Assembly (NCBI GenBank): GCA_037441705.1
Contig: JBBIRR010000027.1
Span: forward strand, 1 to 56,193
Source of the DNA: Ignavibacteriales bacterium
Lineage (GTDB): Bacteria > Bacteroidota > Ignavibacteria > UBA10030 > UBA6906
Length of the DNA: 56,193 nt
Reading direction: 5' to 3'
Shown here: positions 47,901 to 55,556 of the stretch, one piece after another
Layout of the letters: the number at the start of each line of letters is the position of its first letter
How positions within the stretch are numbered: the stretch's first letter is position 1
Notes under the pieces: generated by a model
The model's input: only the letters and a program-made list of their open reading frames with translations
Told to the model about the DNA's origin: nothing
The model's database searches: none
Position numbers and translations under genes: made by a program

Positions 47901-48135
47901 CGCAGAAGCGGGTGCCGAATGGAAAAGAGGACTTGCCTGGGCGTTGATCGGCGGACTCACCAGCTCATTGCTGCTGACGCTCGTTCTCGTGCCCGTGGTG
48001 TACATGTACCTTGACGGGTTGAAGGAGAAACTCCCCGCGCTGTTCAAGAGTGTTGCGTGGACGAGGTGGCTGAAGTTCAAGAAGCCGCTTCGGGATTTGC
48101 AGCCGCAGCTCCAGCCCAGTTTTGATGCAGAATGA
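44959..48135 (+). CDS. RND efflux permease (AcrB/AcrD/AcrF family)
   Basis: YPGASPQEVE, GILVDDSIVVLENI, VGKNAILLVD, RLRPIMMT; 1058 aa. Confidence 0.96.
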   Translation: MTITELSIKRPTLIVVVFAALTVVGLFSLSQLKYELLPKITPPFIAITTVYPGASPQEVETSVTKKIEDAVSGIDKVKTLYGTSAEGASFVSLEFSMSADVNVALQDVQRKVNEVVSQLPEGTKAPVISKFALDELPVLRMGLTSTMPSREFYQLVKNKIQPMLARIPGVGQITLVGGDEREIKVNIDAEKLRSYGLSLLQVAQAIKASNLDFPTGKVKEGEQQYIVRVAGKFSSLDGLRNLVVAQSRQGGDITLGDIAEVEDGQKEYSQISRVDGKTSIGVLVSKQSDANTVDVSALVRKEIPAIEELYKNEGVKFDIAQDGSTFTLDAANAVKHDLALAILLVAIVMLAFLHSIRNSVIVMIAIPASMISTFIAMYAFGLTLNLMTLLGLSLVVGILVDDSIVVLENIYRHLEKGDAPRDAALRGRNEIGFAALSITLVDVVVFVPLALVSGLVGNIMREFALTVVFSTLMSLFVSFTITPLLASRFAKLERLTRGSVLGRFGVWFEERFDRFTQTYLKTLKWGLAHRGKVVLITVGLLVLSFALAPLGFIGSEFIAVADRGEFAVTLELPPGSTLENTNHITQQAERIISQMPEVKKMFVNVGASSDGFLAQSSNNLAELSIALVPKDERQRTTDEVAADIKAKLAAIPGAKVRANPIGIFGTANQTPIQLVVSAPTYDDARTAAATIADAVRKIPGTADVRLSSEEGKPETRVEIDRQKMAALGLTVAEVGQTLRVAFNGDDDSKFRDADDEYTIRIQFDKLDRSRTDDIGNVTFMNRKGQLIELKQFATITQSVGPTKLQRQDRSPAVTVLSQAVGRPSGSIGEDIKKSLAGLKLPEGVTIAYKGDLQNQSEGFESLLLALVAAVIFMYMIMVALYDSYVYPFVVMFSVPVAMIGALFALALTMNSLSIFSILGIIMLVGLVGKNAILLVDRANQMRQERGLSAYEALLEAGQTRLRPIMMTTVAMVFGMLPIALSAEAGAEWKRGLAWALIGGLTSSLLLTLVLVPVVYMYLDGLKEKLPALFKSVAWTRWLKFKKPLRDLQPQLQPSFDAE

Positions 48136-48144
48136 ATCATCAAG

Positions 48145-48184
48145 GTGCTGTGCCTTACCGTTGAACAGCCGAAAGGCACAGCAC
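48145..48184 (+). terminator. Hairpin after the RND operon
   Basis: GTGCTGTGCCTT/AAGGCACAGCAC 12-bp stem, then TTCTT. Confidence 0.65.
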
Positions 48185-48246
48185 TTCTTGTCCGGCTGAG
48201 CGAAACCAAAGCCCCTCATACCCTGAATCACCGTTTGTCTCCACCC

Positions 48247-48275
48247 TTGTTTTTTTGAGAAGAACCTGTTAGCTT
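48247..48275 (+). promoter_or_regulatory. Possible sigma70-type promoter
   Basis: TTGTTT-17-TAGCTT upstream of a structured segment and a GAGGTG-led short ORF. Confidence 0.4.
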
Positions 48276-48656
48276 CTCTTACCCTGCCCGTGCTCGTACG
48301 GTCGCCGTACGTTCGAAGTTGAAGTACGGGCGTTCAACGGTGTACACGACTCACAGCCAATGAGGTGAACGATGGCCTCGGCAGTTCAACGGCTCCCCGC
48401 CTTCACTGAATCTCACACGGTGCCCAAGAATTCCCGCGCGCGCTCAGACGTGCCTCGATGTGTACGTTTTGATGCCCTTTCCACCGCAGCGGCGATTTCG
48501 TTGTCGGACACGCTGTTCGGTTTGTGTAGGTGAGCGTAGGAGTAGTTATTGCAGTTGCTATTTTCAAGGAGCAACAACAAGTGGGTGAATAATTGCCCAC
48601 AGCATTGGAACCATGCAAGCGATTGACTGCTATCTAACTTCCAATTAGGAGGCGTT

Positions 48657-50522
48657 ATGAGCGATCTTATTGATTTCCTTTCCAGAGAAGTACCATGGCT
48701 CCTTCCGGTGCTCGCTTGGCTTGGTGGCATAATCCTCGTACTTCTCATCCTTGCGATCCCCGCTTATTTCGTTTTTTGGCCTTTTTTCCAACGGGCAAGG
48801 ACACAACTAGCTTCCTTCATTGATCGATTGGTAGAAAAACTCAAGACCATCCGTACCGAACGTGCAAATCGCTTAGATTCCGCAGCAGACGAATTCCTCG
48901 CTGATGGTGGCTTACGACGACTCAAGACCGAAGCAGCAGGCCATTGGAGTGCAATGACCACAACGCTATCAGGCACACTTCGAAGACTGCGCAAACCTGT
49001 GAAGAAAGCTTCGAGCTCGCTACAAGACCTTATCAAAGCAGTATCGACTTTGGAGAAACAAGTTCAACAATCCGAAGTCGCCAAAGCGCAGGCTCTCACC
49101 GACCTGCCAGAGCCCCAAGAGCTGGCCGAGTCTGTCGCGAAAATCAAAGTAGCTTGGATCAAACTGATCTCAGCTGTAATTGTCTTGCCCGCATTGATGG
49201 TTGTCAACACTGGCATGCTCAGCGAGATACTACTCGACCTTGGTGTGGTTCCCGCAGCACGTGCATTCTTAGGGCTACAACTCCCTTACGTTTTCGCCTT
49301 TATTCTCACTCTGGTCGAAGCAGGGCTTGGTGTAGCTCATGCCGCAACGCGAAGCGACAACCCCGAAAAGGTCGCTATCTTCCCTATAGTGATAACAATC
49401 TTCGCAATGATTGTCGCATGTGTCGAAGGATTTTTCTATTCTCGCGTGGCACCAACAGGAACGTTTACACTACCCTTCTTCAATTACGAAATGCCACAGA
49501 ACCATTTGTTCTTCTTCTGGGGCTTTGTTCTCGTTATGACACTCTTCAGTCTAGGGTTAATCGCTTTTGATGCAGCCGTTACTATCGTACGGGGAACTCT
49601 CAGCGGCACTCTTCGTCGGGAACTCAAGAAACTTAGAAAGAGTCACGGCGAATATACCCAAGCCCTGAAGCAATCCGAAGAGGTGCTACTCGCAGCAAAG
49701 GCATCTGCAAGAGATACGGATCAAGTCATTAAAGGTCCGGCCATAAATGCGGAGAGTGTGTATGAAGAACTGGTAAGAGTCTCCCACAGTGTTGAAAACC
49801 TTCATAAAACGGTGCCAGAATGGGCCAAGGATTCAGAAGCGCCACTCACTCGGAGTGAAGTGCATGATCTCTCTCAGCGGGCTGGACTTTGGCTATTGCT
49901 GACTGCAGTGGGGCTCTGCGTAATTACCATAACTGGTCTACATACTTTCGCTTCGTTTTATCCTTCCCTCCTACCAATGTTATGCTGGGTACTTGCAGTT
50001 GGCCAAGCCGTAGCCTTTTTCGCTGTGGGACTTCTCCTTGGAGCGGGTGAAACTGTTGTCCAAGGCGCTAATGGTCAGAGAAAGGTGTGGGCAGCCCCTC
50101 GATTCTCCCGAATGCTTGCGTACATTCTCGGTTGTGCTATTCTCATCGCGTATCTGGTGGTCTTCTTTGCAATTGCACTTCCGATAAGATTGGGAGGTCT
50201 CTGGTTCTTGAATTTCCTCGTAGGGTTATTCTTGATTGCAGCTGGATACCAATTGATTTCACTTCTCAATGTGATGCGGTTATGGTTACGGAGACTGTGG
50301 AATGTTGTAGTCGTTGTTTTTCAAATGATATGGCTTGCACTGGTGCGCTTGGTTCAATTTGTCGTCATTATCCTCGAAAACCTTGCCTACCTGTTGGCTT
50401 TACCTTTGTTGAAAATCTTTCGCAAGAGGAGCGAGGTGGCTGAGGCTGAGAACCTAAGTCTCAGTTCCATTCCTTCAAGGCCCCCATCTCTGGAGAGACA
50501 AGCAGGAGGCCGAGCTTCATGA
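48657..50522 (+). CDS. Polytopic membrane protein with two cytoplasmic coiled coils (gene 1 of island operon)
   Basis: AGGAGG RBS. TM - coiled coil - about 4 TM - coiled coil - about 4-5 TM layout; ATGA overlap with the next gene. Confidence 0.8.
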   Translation: MSDLIDFLSREVPWLLPVLAWLGGIILVLLILAIPAYFVFWPFFQRARTQLASFIDRLVEKLKTIRTERANRLDSAADEFLADGGLRRLKTEAAGHWSAMTTTLSGTLRRLRKPVKKASSSLQDLIKAVSTLEKQVQQSEVAKAQALTDLPEPQELAESVAKIKVAWIKLISAVIVLPALMVVNTGMLSEILLDLGVVPAARAFLGLQLPYVFAFILTLVEAGLGVAHAATRSDNPEKVAIFPIVITIFAMIVACVEGFFYSRVAPTGTFTLPFFNYEMPQNHLFFFWGFVLVMTLFSLGLIAFDAAVTIVRGTLSGTLRRELKKLRKSHGEYTQALKQSEEVLLAAKASARDTDQVIKGPAINAESVYEELVRVSHSVENLHKTVPEWAKDSEAPLTRSEVHDLSQRAGLWLLLTAVGLCVITITGLHTFASFYPSLLPMLCWVLAVGQAVAFFAVGLLLGAGETVVQGANGQRKVWAAPRFSRMLAYILGCAILIAYLVVFFAIALPIRLGGLWFLNFLVGLFLIAAGYQLISLLNVMRLWLRRLWNVVVVVFQMIWLALVRLVQFVVIILENLAYLLALPLLKIFRKRSEVAEAENLSLSSIPSRPPSLERQAGGRAS

Positions 50523-51946
50523 GCCGCTCATTACTAATCGGGTTGATTCTTATTGGAGCTGTCTTGGTTGCTGTTGTTGGCTTTGCACTTTTTGGCTACC
50601 GACACACAAGTACAGCCCCAATTTCCAAAAACTCACAGGAGCACGGAACTTCCGCTGTTGTGCTAATAGACTTCAGCAAGAGTTTTCCTGCATCATACCG
50701 CACGGACGGAAGTATTGTTTACGGATTTCGACCGGAAGATCAACGCGCTCTGGATGCTTTGGCTACTGTGTTAGCCGAATTGTCCTCTGGAACGCCAACG
50801 TTCAAGACAGTCTGGACCCAAATTCAGACATCAAGCATCACAGAGAATCCGCTCTGTCCACCGATTGAAATGACACACGGGATAATAAAACGCCAAGACG
50901 CTTTGGCAACACGGGACCAGTTACGCGATACTCTAAGGAAGTGTGTTGCGACAGTGATGCTTCAAGGAAAGGATAAGAACAAACTTGGGAATTACACCGA
51001 CATCTCTGGCGCAATTGCACTGGCATCAGACATCGGTTCTGGACAGTACACCGACAGAATACTTGTGATCTTATCTGACTTCCTTGAGGATTTGCCTCCA
51101 GGGTCAACGCTAGCCCGCTTCCAACTGAACGGTGAACGAGTTGTCCTTTTGCACAGACCAGGGACTGACGAACGAGAAAACATCAGTGGATACCTAACAC
51201 GCATCCAGGGCTGGAAGCAAAAGTTGCTGCAACGTGGTGCGAAAACCGTAGCGATGTTGCCAGTTTTCGCCGTCTCGGAAACCCGGTTGCGGGCAGCCCT
51301 ACAACAAGAGGAACTTGGTTCATCTCTAACTATCCTTGTGGATTGCAAACAGAATCGCTTTCCATTAAGCAGTGGTAGCGCAACACTTTTGGTACAGATT
51401 GGAAAAACGATAGCGGAAGTATCACATGACATGCCTACACCTGTTACTGCGCTTTGGATGTCCATCGGAACATCAGGATTTCTCTCCAAACCCTTACCGT
51501 TCGTCGAATTTCATCCTCGCATGATCAAGAGAGATAATTCGATGAACACGGTTGAAGACTTTAGTAAGGTCATGGAAGAGCTGGCGTATGCGCTACCTAC
51601 TATCGGCAGGGGCATAACCTCCACCGATATTTCTGGCAGTCTGGCCTTGGTCTGCTCGGTCGATCCTCCTGCAAAGTCATCTGTTCTCGTGATCATTTCA
51701 GACTTCTTAGATGAAGGAGCTGACACTACAGCATCCTTTCAACTCGCCTTTGGTACTCGAGTCGTGATGATACATACACCTTCATCCAGAGACAGCTCTG
51801 ATCCGAACGCTTTTCTTGCTCGACGCCAGGCATGGGAAAAGCGATTTCTGGAGAGTGGTGCTACCACTGTTTGTCAAGTTCCCCTTGCCACATTTACGCG
51901 AAACGATCTACGCGCCTGCCTCGGTGCGAAGGCCAGAGGAAAATAA
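50519..51946 (+). CDS. Membrane-anchored tandem vWA-like domain protein
   Basis: N-terminal TM. Copy 1: VVLIDFSKS (DxSxS), YTDISGAI, LVILSDFLED. Copy 2: ILVDCKQ, STDISGSL, LVIISDFLDE. Confidence 0.72.
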   Translation: MSRSLLIGLILIGAVLVAVVGFALFGYRHTSTAPISKNSQEHGTSAVVLIDFSKSFPASYRTDGSIVYGFRPEDQRALDALATVLAELSSGTPTFKTVWTQIQTSSITENPLCPPIEMTHGIIKRQDALATRDQLRDTLRKCVATVMLQGKDKNKLGNYTDISGAIALASDIGSGQYTDRILVILSDFLEDLPPGSTLARFQLNGERVVLLHRPGTDERENISGYLTRIQGWKQKLLQRGAKTVAMLPVFAVSETRLRAALQQEELGSSLTILVDCKQNRFPLSSGSATLLVQIGKTIAEVSHDMPTPVTALWMSIGTSGFLSKPLPFVEFHPRMIKRDNSMNTVEDFSKVMEELAYALPTIGRGITSTDISGSLALVCSVDPPAKSSVLVIISDFLDEGADTTASFQLAFGTRVVMIHTPSSRDSSDPNAFLARRQAWEKRFLESGATTVCQVPLATFTRNDLRACLGAKARGK

Positions 51947-51949
51947 CAT

Positions 51950-53260
51950 ATGAACGACCAAAATCCTCTTAGCTCTCCTCCTCAGCCCAAGACTTGGTGG
52001 GAGACGAAGCTACAAGCACCCAAACTCGCTACTATGTGGTTCGGTACGACCGTCTGTGGGATGTTGTCTATCTCATTTGCCTCCGGCATTTTTCGGCTAA
52101 ATGCAGTATTACTGCTGCTCATATATACTTGGTATGGCTACAAGTACGTTAAGAGTGACAGCGGACTCATTGCGTTGCGGCAGGCTCGGGTTGGGCAACT
52201 TGCCGATTCAGTTTACTTCCTCGGCTTCCTGTGGACGCTCTATGCCCTAATTGATTCTTTCGTTATCCAGCCTCAAGTCTCCATCCCCGAGGCTGTCTTC
52301 CGAGCTTTCGGATACGCTCTCGTCACCACTGCAACGGGAATGTTTTTGCGCCTATTTCTCCTACAATTCGGATACTCAGAAGAAGAACAGGTTCGGCTCG
52401 CCAAGCAGAACGTTGAAGAGGAAATCGCCCGGTTTGCAAATGAACTTTCGAGAGGCACAGAAAGCATTGGTAACTTCCACGCGGGAATTGATACTCTCAA
52501 ACACTCTGTTGGCACGCTCAGGGGTTCCGTAGATGAAGTCAAAAATCAAATGTCTGATTTAACAACACGGTTGGCCAAATTACACAGCGACAGCCTCGCC
52601 CGCGTTGAAGAGCATACCAAGAACAGCATAAAGGATCTCATCCGTGAGTTAGACTTCACCAAAGTAAAAGAAAAGATACAGACAGATCTCCAAGAGGCGG
52701 TTAGAGCCCTACGCGACGCTGTCTCGAAGACCACCCGATCTCTTGAAACAACAACCAACAAATTCACGGACACTGCATCCACCCAAACGGAAAAGCTCCG
52801 CTCAAGTCTTCAGAGCGTTTCTGACCAAATCGCACAAATCCGAGTACCAACTGACATCATCGAAAAAACCGTGGCTGAGCAAGTAGACAAAGTCACAAGT
52901 ACATTAGCCGAGTCTAGCAAAGACGTTCAAGAAGCTTTAAGAGGGCTATCAGAACAAATCAGTAATGTCCGCATCCCAGCTGACATTGTCGAGAAGACTA
53001 TGACTGCGCGATTAAACGAAAGCATTCGGTCTTTTCAAGAAGCTATCGCAGGTCTTGCCAAACAGATCGACGATGTTCGTGTCCCACCTGATCTAGTCGA
53101 GAAAACTGTCACCCAAAAAGTCGAGACTGCCACTGCAGGACTAACGAGAAGTATCAGCGCCTTACAGGAAGCCATCAACAATCTCGAACGGTCAGTGCGA
53201 ACGATTACGGCTCAAGTGGGTACTGTTCAGTTCAAACCATCTCAGAAATTTTGGGCGTAG
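51950..53260 (+). CDS. MotA/TolQ/ExbB-fold (ZorA-like) membrane protein with long coiled-coil tail
   Basis: YFLGFLWTL and FGYALVTTATG match the GLLGT / AL..T..G Thr-bearing helices of the MotA/ExbB family. About 290-aa helical C-terminal tail. Confidence 0.7.
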   Translation: MNDQNPLSSPPQPKTWWETKLQAPKLATMWFGTTVCGMLSISFASGIFRLNAVLLLLIYTWYGYKYVKSDSGLIALRQARVGQLADSVYFLGFLWTLYALIDSFVIQPQVSIPEAVFRAFGYALVTTATGMFLRLFLLQFGYSEEEQVRLAKQNVEEEIARFANELSRGTESIGNFHAGIDTLKHSVGTLRGSVDEVKNQMSDLTTRLAKLHSDSLARVEEHTKNSIKDLIRELDFTKVKEKIQTDLQEAVRALRDAVSKTTRSLETTTNKFTDTASTQTEKLRSSLQSVSDQIAQIRVPTDIIEKTVAEQVDKVTSTLAESSKDVQEALRGLSEQISNVRIPADIVEKTMTARLNESIRSFQEAIAGLAKQIDDVRVPPDLVEKTVTQKVETATAGLTRSISALQEAINNLERSVRTITAQVGTVQFKPSQKFWA

Positions 53261-53307
53261 AGCCACCAACGAATTGCAGGGCCTGAAAGACTAATTGAAA
53301 AGAAGAT

Positions 53308-53964
53308 ATGCCATTCACAAAACCAGAAAGGACTGATTTGGTCATCAATATGACGTTGGCCGAAATCTTTCTACTCCTGCTTTTCGTCGTCTGGTATGGA
53401 CATACACCCATCACGGCTCCTGGGGCCCGTTTGAAAGAGGAGGTTGACCGACTTCAGAAGGAAAATCAGGCCCTCAAGAACAATCTCCGGGATGCCAAGG
53501 ATGAAATCTATGACCTGAAGCAGCGACTGGATTGGTGGCGTCGCGTCTCCCCAACAATTGTCAGTCTCGAACTCAACACACCTCCCGAAGTGGCACGAGG
53601 AGAAATGGGCCGCGGATTCCGTAGGTGTCAAGACAACAATGTTCTTATTCGCGCGTCAGTCATTCGTGGTCAACAGGCTATTGCTTGGATAACAGAAAGT
53701 CCGCAGCTTGTCGAATGGATCAAAATCTCAGGACGTACACTGCCAAGGTTTGGAGTATGGCTTTCTCATCCTCAGGAGATTGATTCATTCCTTGCATTGA
53801 TCAGGGACTACTATCAGAATCAAAGACAAATTGGAGCAGAATGCAGATTTGATTATCAGCTTACGTACGAAACTAAGGAAGATTACTATGACGGCCGCGA
53901 GAGATTCGAGAAACTCTTTTATCCTTCTGGAGTAAGTCGGTTGCAAATGAAAACCAAGAATTGA
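53308..53964 (+). CDS. MotB/ExbD/ZorB-like single-TM partner (Glu at the conserved acid position, no OmpA domain)
   Basis: Short N-tail, NMTLAEIFLLLLFVVW (cf. MotB TYADxxxLLL), coiled coil, and a C-terminal domain with two Cys. Confidence 0.6.
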   Translation: MPFTKPERTDLVINMTLAEIFLLLLFVVWYGHTPITAPGARLKEEVDRLQKENQALKNNLRDAKDEIYDLKQRLDWWRRVSPTIVSLELNTPPEVARGEMGRGFRRCQDNNVLIRASVIRGQQAIAWITESPQLVEWIKISGRTLPRFGVWLSHPQEIDSFLALIRDYYQNQRQIGAECRFDYQLTYETKEDYYDGRERFEKLFYPSGVSRLQMKTKN

Positions 53965-54280
53965 TGTCTCTTTTTGTTCATTGCTCCTAGAGACATAACT
54001 AGCATTTGCAATTATGCGCCGCGCCGCTTGGCGAACGGATTCAACTAAACACCAGCGGAACACAAAAAGGTGTCTGCAGTTTGCCATTCGAAGGAAAGGT
54101 CGGAAATATCTGATTCTTCATCGGATGCCGGGGAGTATGAGGTTGACCAACGGCTCGCGCTATGGCACAGTTATATCACGGCATCACTTTCATTAAATTT
54201 GCATTGCTTCGATGTTCCTTCTCGCATTGCTCTTCTAGGACCGAAGACATAGTCATGAGACACACATAAGGAGGCAAATT

Positions 54281-54526
54281 ATGGCAAGAGGAAGACCAAG
54301 CAAGTGGGTCCGAGTCGAGATCCTTCAACCCTTTTGGATCACAAAGAAAGGTATAAGCATCAGAGTATGGGACAAATACGGCAGAAAACACCTTGGAGAC
54401 ACGGCTTTCAATCGAGAAATCTGGCGCGCGGATCTCGTTGTGGGCCAGCTCGACAGAGTCCATCCGACGTTGACGAGAGTCGACTTCGCCGGTCGAGGTT
54501 CGACGCCTCGCTTGGTTTGTGTTTGA
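54281..54526 (+). pseudogene. Small ORF with strong RBS, possibly a frameshifted or truncated gene remnant
   Basis: TAAGGAGG RBS, protein-like N-terminal 40 aa, then a compositional change to GC-rich sequence. Confidence 0.4.
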
Positions 54527-54587
54527 ATCGTGACACAGAAATCGCTAGACGAAATTTACCCCAACAAGAACAAACGAAAGACGGTAA

Positions 54588-55313
54588 ATGAAGAACAGGG
54601 ACAAGGTATCAGGAGAAGCCCTCAAACGTGCGCGATTGCAGGCAGGTCTTTCACAACAGGAGCTTGCCGAAAAGATTGGCGTTCAGCAACCGTACATTTC
54701 ATCTTGGGAGACCGAGAAGACCACCCCGAACTTAGACCAACTGAAGAAACTGAAGAAGGTAATTGATTTGGAAATAGAATCTGACGCAGGTCCTTCTGCA
54801 ATCGGAGCTTGGCTAATGAAGGCCCGAAGCAAAAGGGGAGTGTCAGTCGCAGAGCTTGCTGAAAAGTCGGGGCTATCCATACCCACGATATACAACATCG
54901 AGTCAGGTCGAAGCCCGAACCCTCACGAGTCAACAATCAAGAAACTTGAACGTGCGCTTAACGACAGGATACCAGCCGAAACAGCCGAGGAGGCTAAAGC
55001 GGAAGCGACCATCGAGGGTATTGGCGAGCTATTGGATTTTGATCCGCACGAACAAGATGAATGGCCAAATCAACCAGGGGTGTACGTGCTCTACGATGTT
55101 TCTGATCGACCAATTATGTGGGATGAAGGTGAAACTATCAAGCGTCGGCTTGCGGATCATGAACAAAAGTTTTGGTTTAAGAGACCTATCGTTGAGAAGG
55201 GTTCATACCTTATCGTGCGCGACAAATCACTGAGGAAACAGATTGAAAAAGTTCTGATCAAATTTCTCAAGTCAAATGCTGTACTCAATAGTCAGCACGT
55301 TGAACGACAGTAG
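54588..55313 (+). CDS. Tandem XRE HTH plus GIY-YIG-like nuclease domain protein
   Basis: LSQQELAEKIGVQQPYISSWE and VSVAELAEKSGLSIPTIYNIESG HTHs; PGVYVLYD...I..RL.DH...IEK.LI...LN (GIY-YIG Arg, Glu and Asn present). Confidence 0.8.
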   Translation: MKNRDKVSGEALKRARLQAGLSQQELAEKIGVQQPYISSWETEKTTPNLDQLKKLKKVIDLEIESDAGPSAIGAWLMKARSKRGVSVAELAEKSGLSIPTIYNIESGRSPNPHESTIKKLERALNDRIPAETAEEAKAEATIEGIGELLDFDPHEQDEWPNQPGVYVLYDVSDRPIMWDEGETIKRRLADHEQKFWFKRPIVEKGSYLIVRDKSLRKQIEKVLIKFLKSNAVLNSQHVERQ

Positions 55314-55556
55314 ACCGCGAACTCTGCACCAGAGCGTATCATCGCAAGTCAGGAAAAGTGCATGCCCGTTCCGACTGAAGGATGCCACTCCTTGCGTCAG
55401 TCATTTCCCGGCGAGTGCTTTGCGCTGTTGCATCAAATACGATCCTTCGGCGTCCTTCGTTGAGTGTTGTGGTACAAACTAACAAGCGGGAAGGGGATGT
55501 CGAGAAGCTGAAAGGATGGGCGAGCAGGTTGGGATGTTAGCAGTTCATCAAGCAGC

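Noticed and set aside
48283-48420. 6S RNA, SRP RNA or tmRNA identity for the structured intergenic segment
   Set aside because: Lacks the SRP GGAA-loop motif, tmRNA tRNA-like ends and the long closing stem of 6S. Kept only as an unassigned structure.
51950-53964. Calling the pair canonical zorA/zorB, flagellar motAB or exbBD/tolQR
   Set aside because: No OmpA-like domain, no ZorC/D/E/F/G-like neighbours and no flagellar or TonB/Tol context, so gene symbols were withheld.
54443-54518. tRNA-sized segment with a T-arm-like hairpin CGAGG-TTCGACG-CCTCG and a TTGACGA loop (Val-GAC-like)
   Set aside because: No D-loop GG, weak G-U-rich acceptor stem, mispaired anticodon stem and no CCA. Not called a tRNA without tRNAscan/ARAGORN support.
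55477-55542. CTAAC...GTTAG pair resembling an integron attC site
   Set aside because: Ends do not fit RYYYAAC/GTTRRRY, the interior is not palindromic, and no integron integrase is present.
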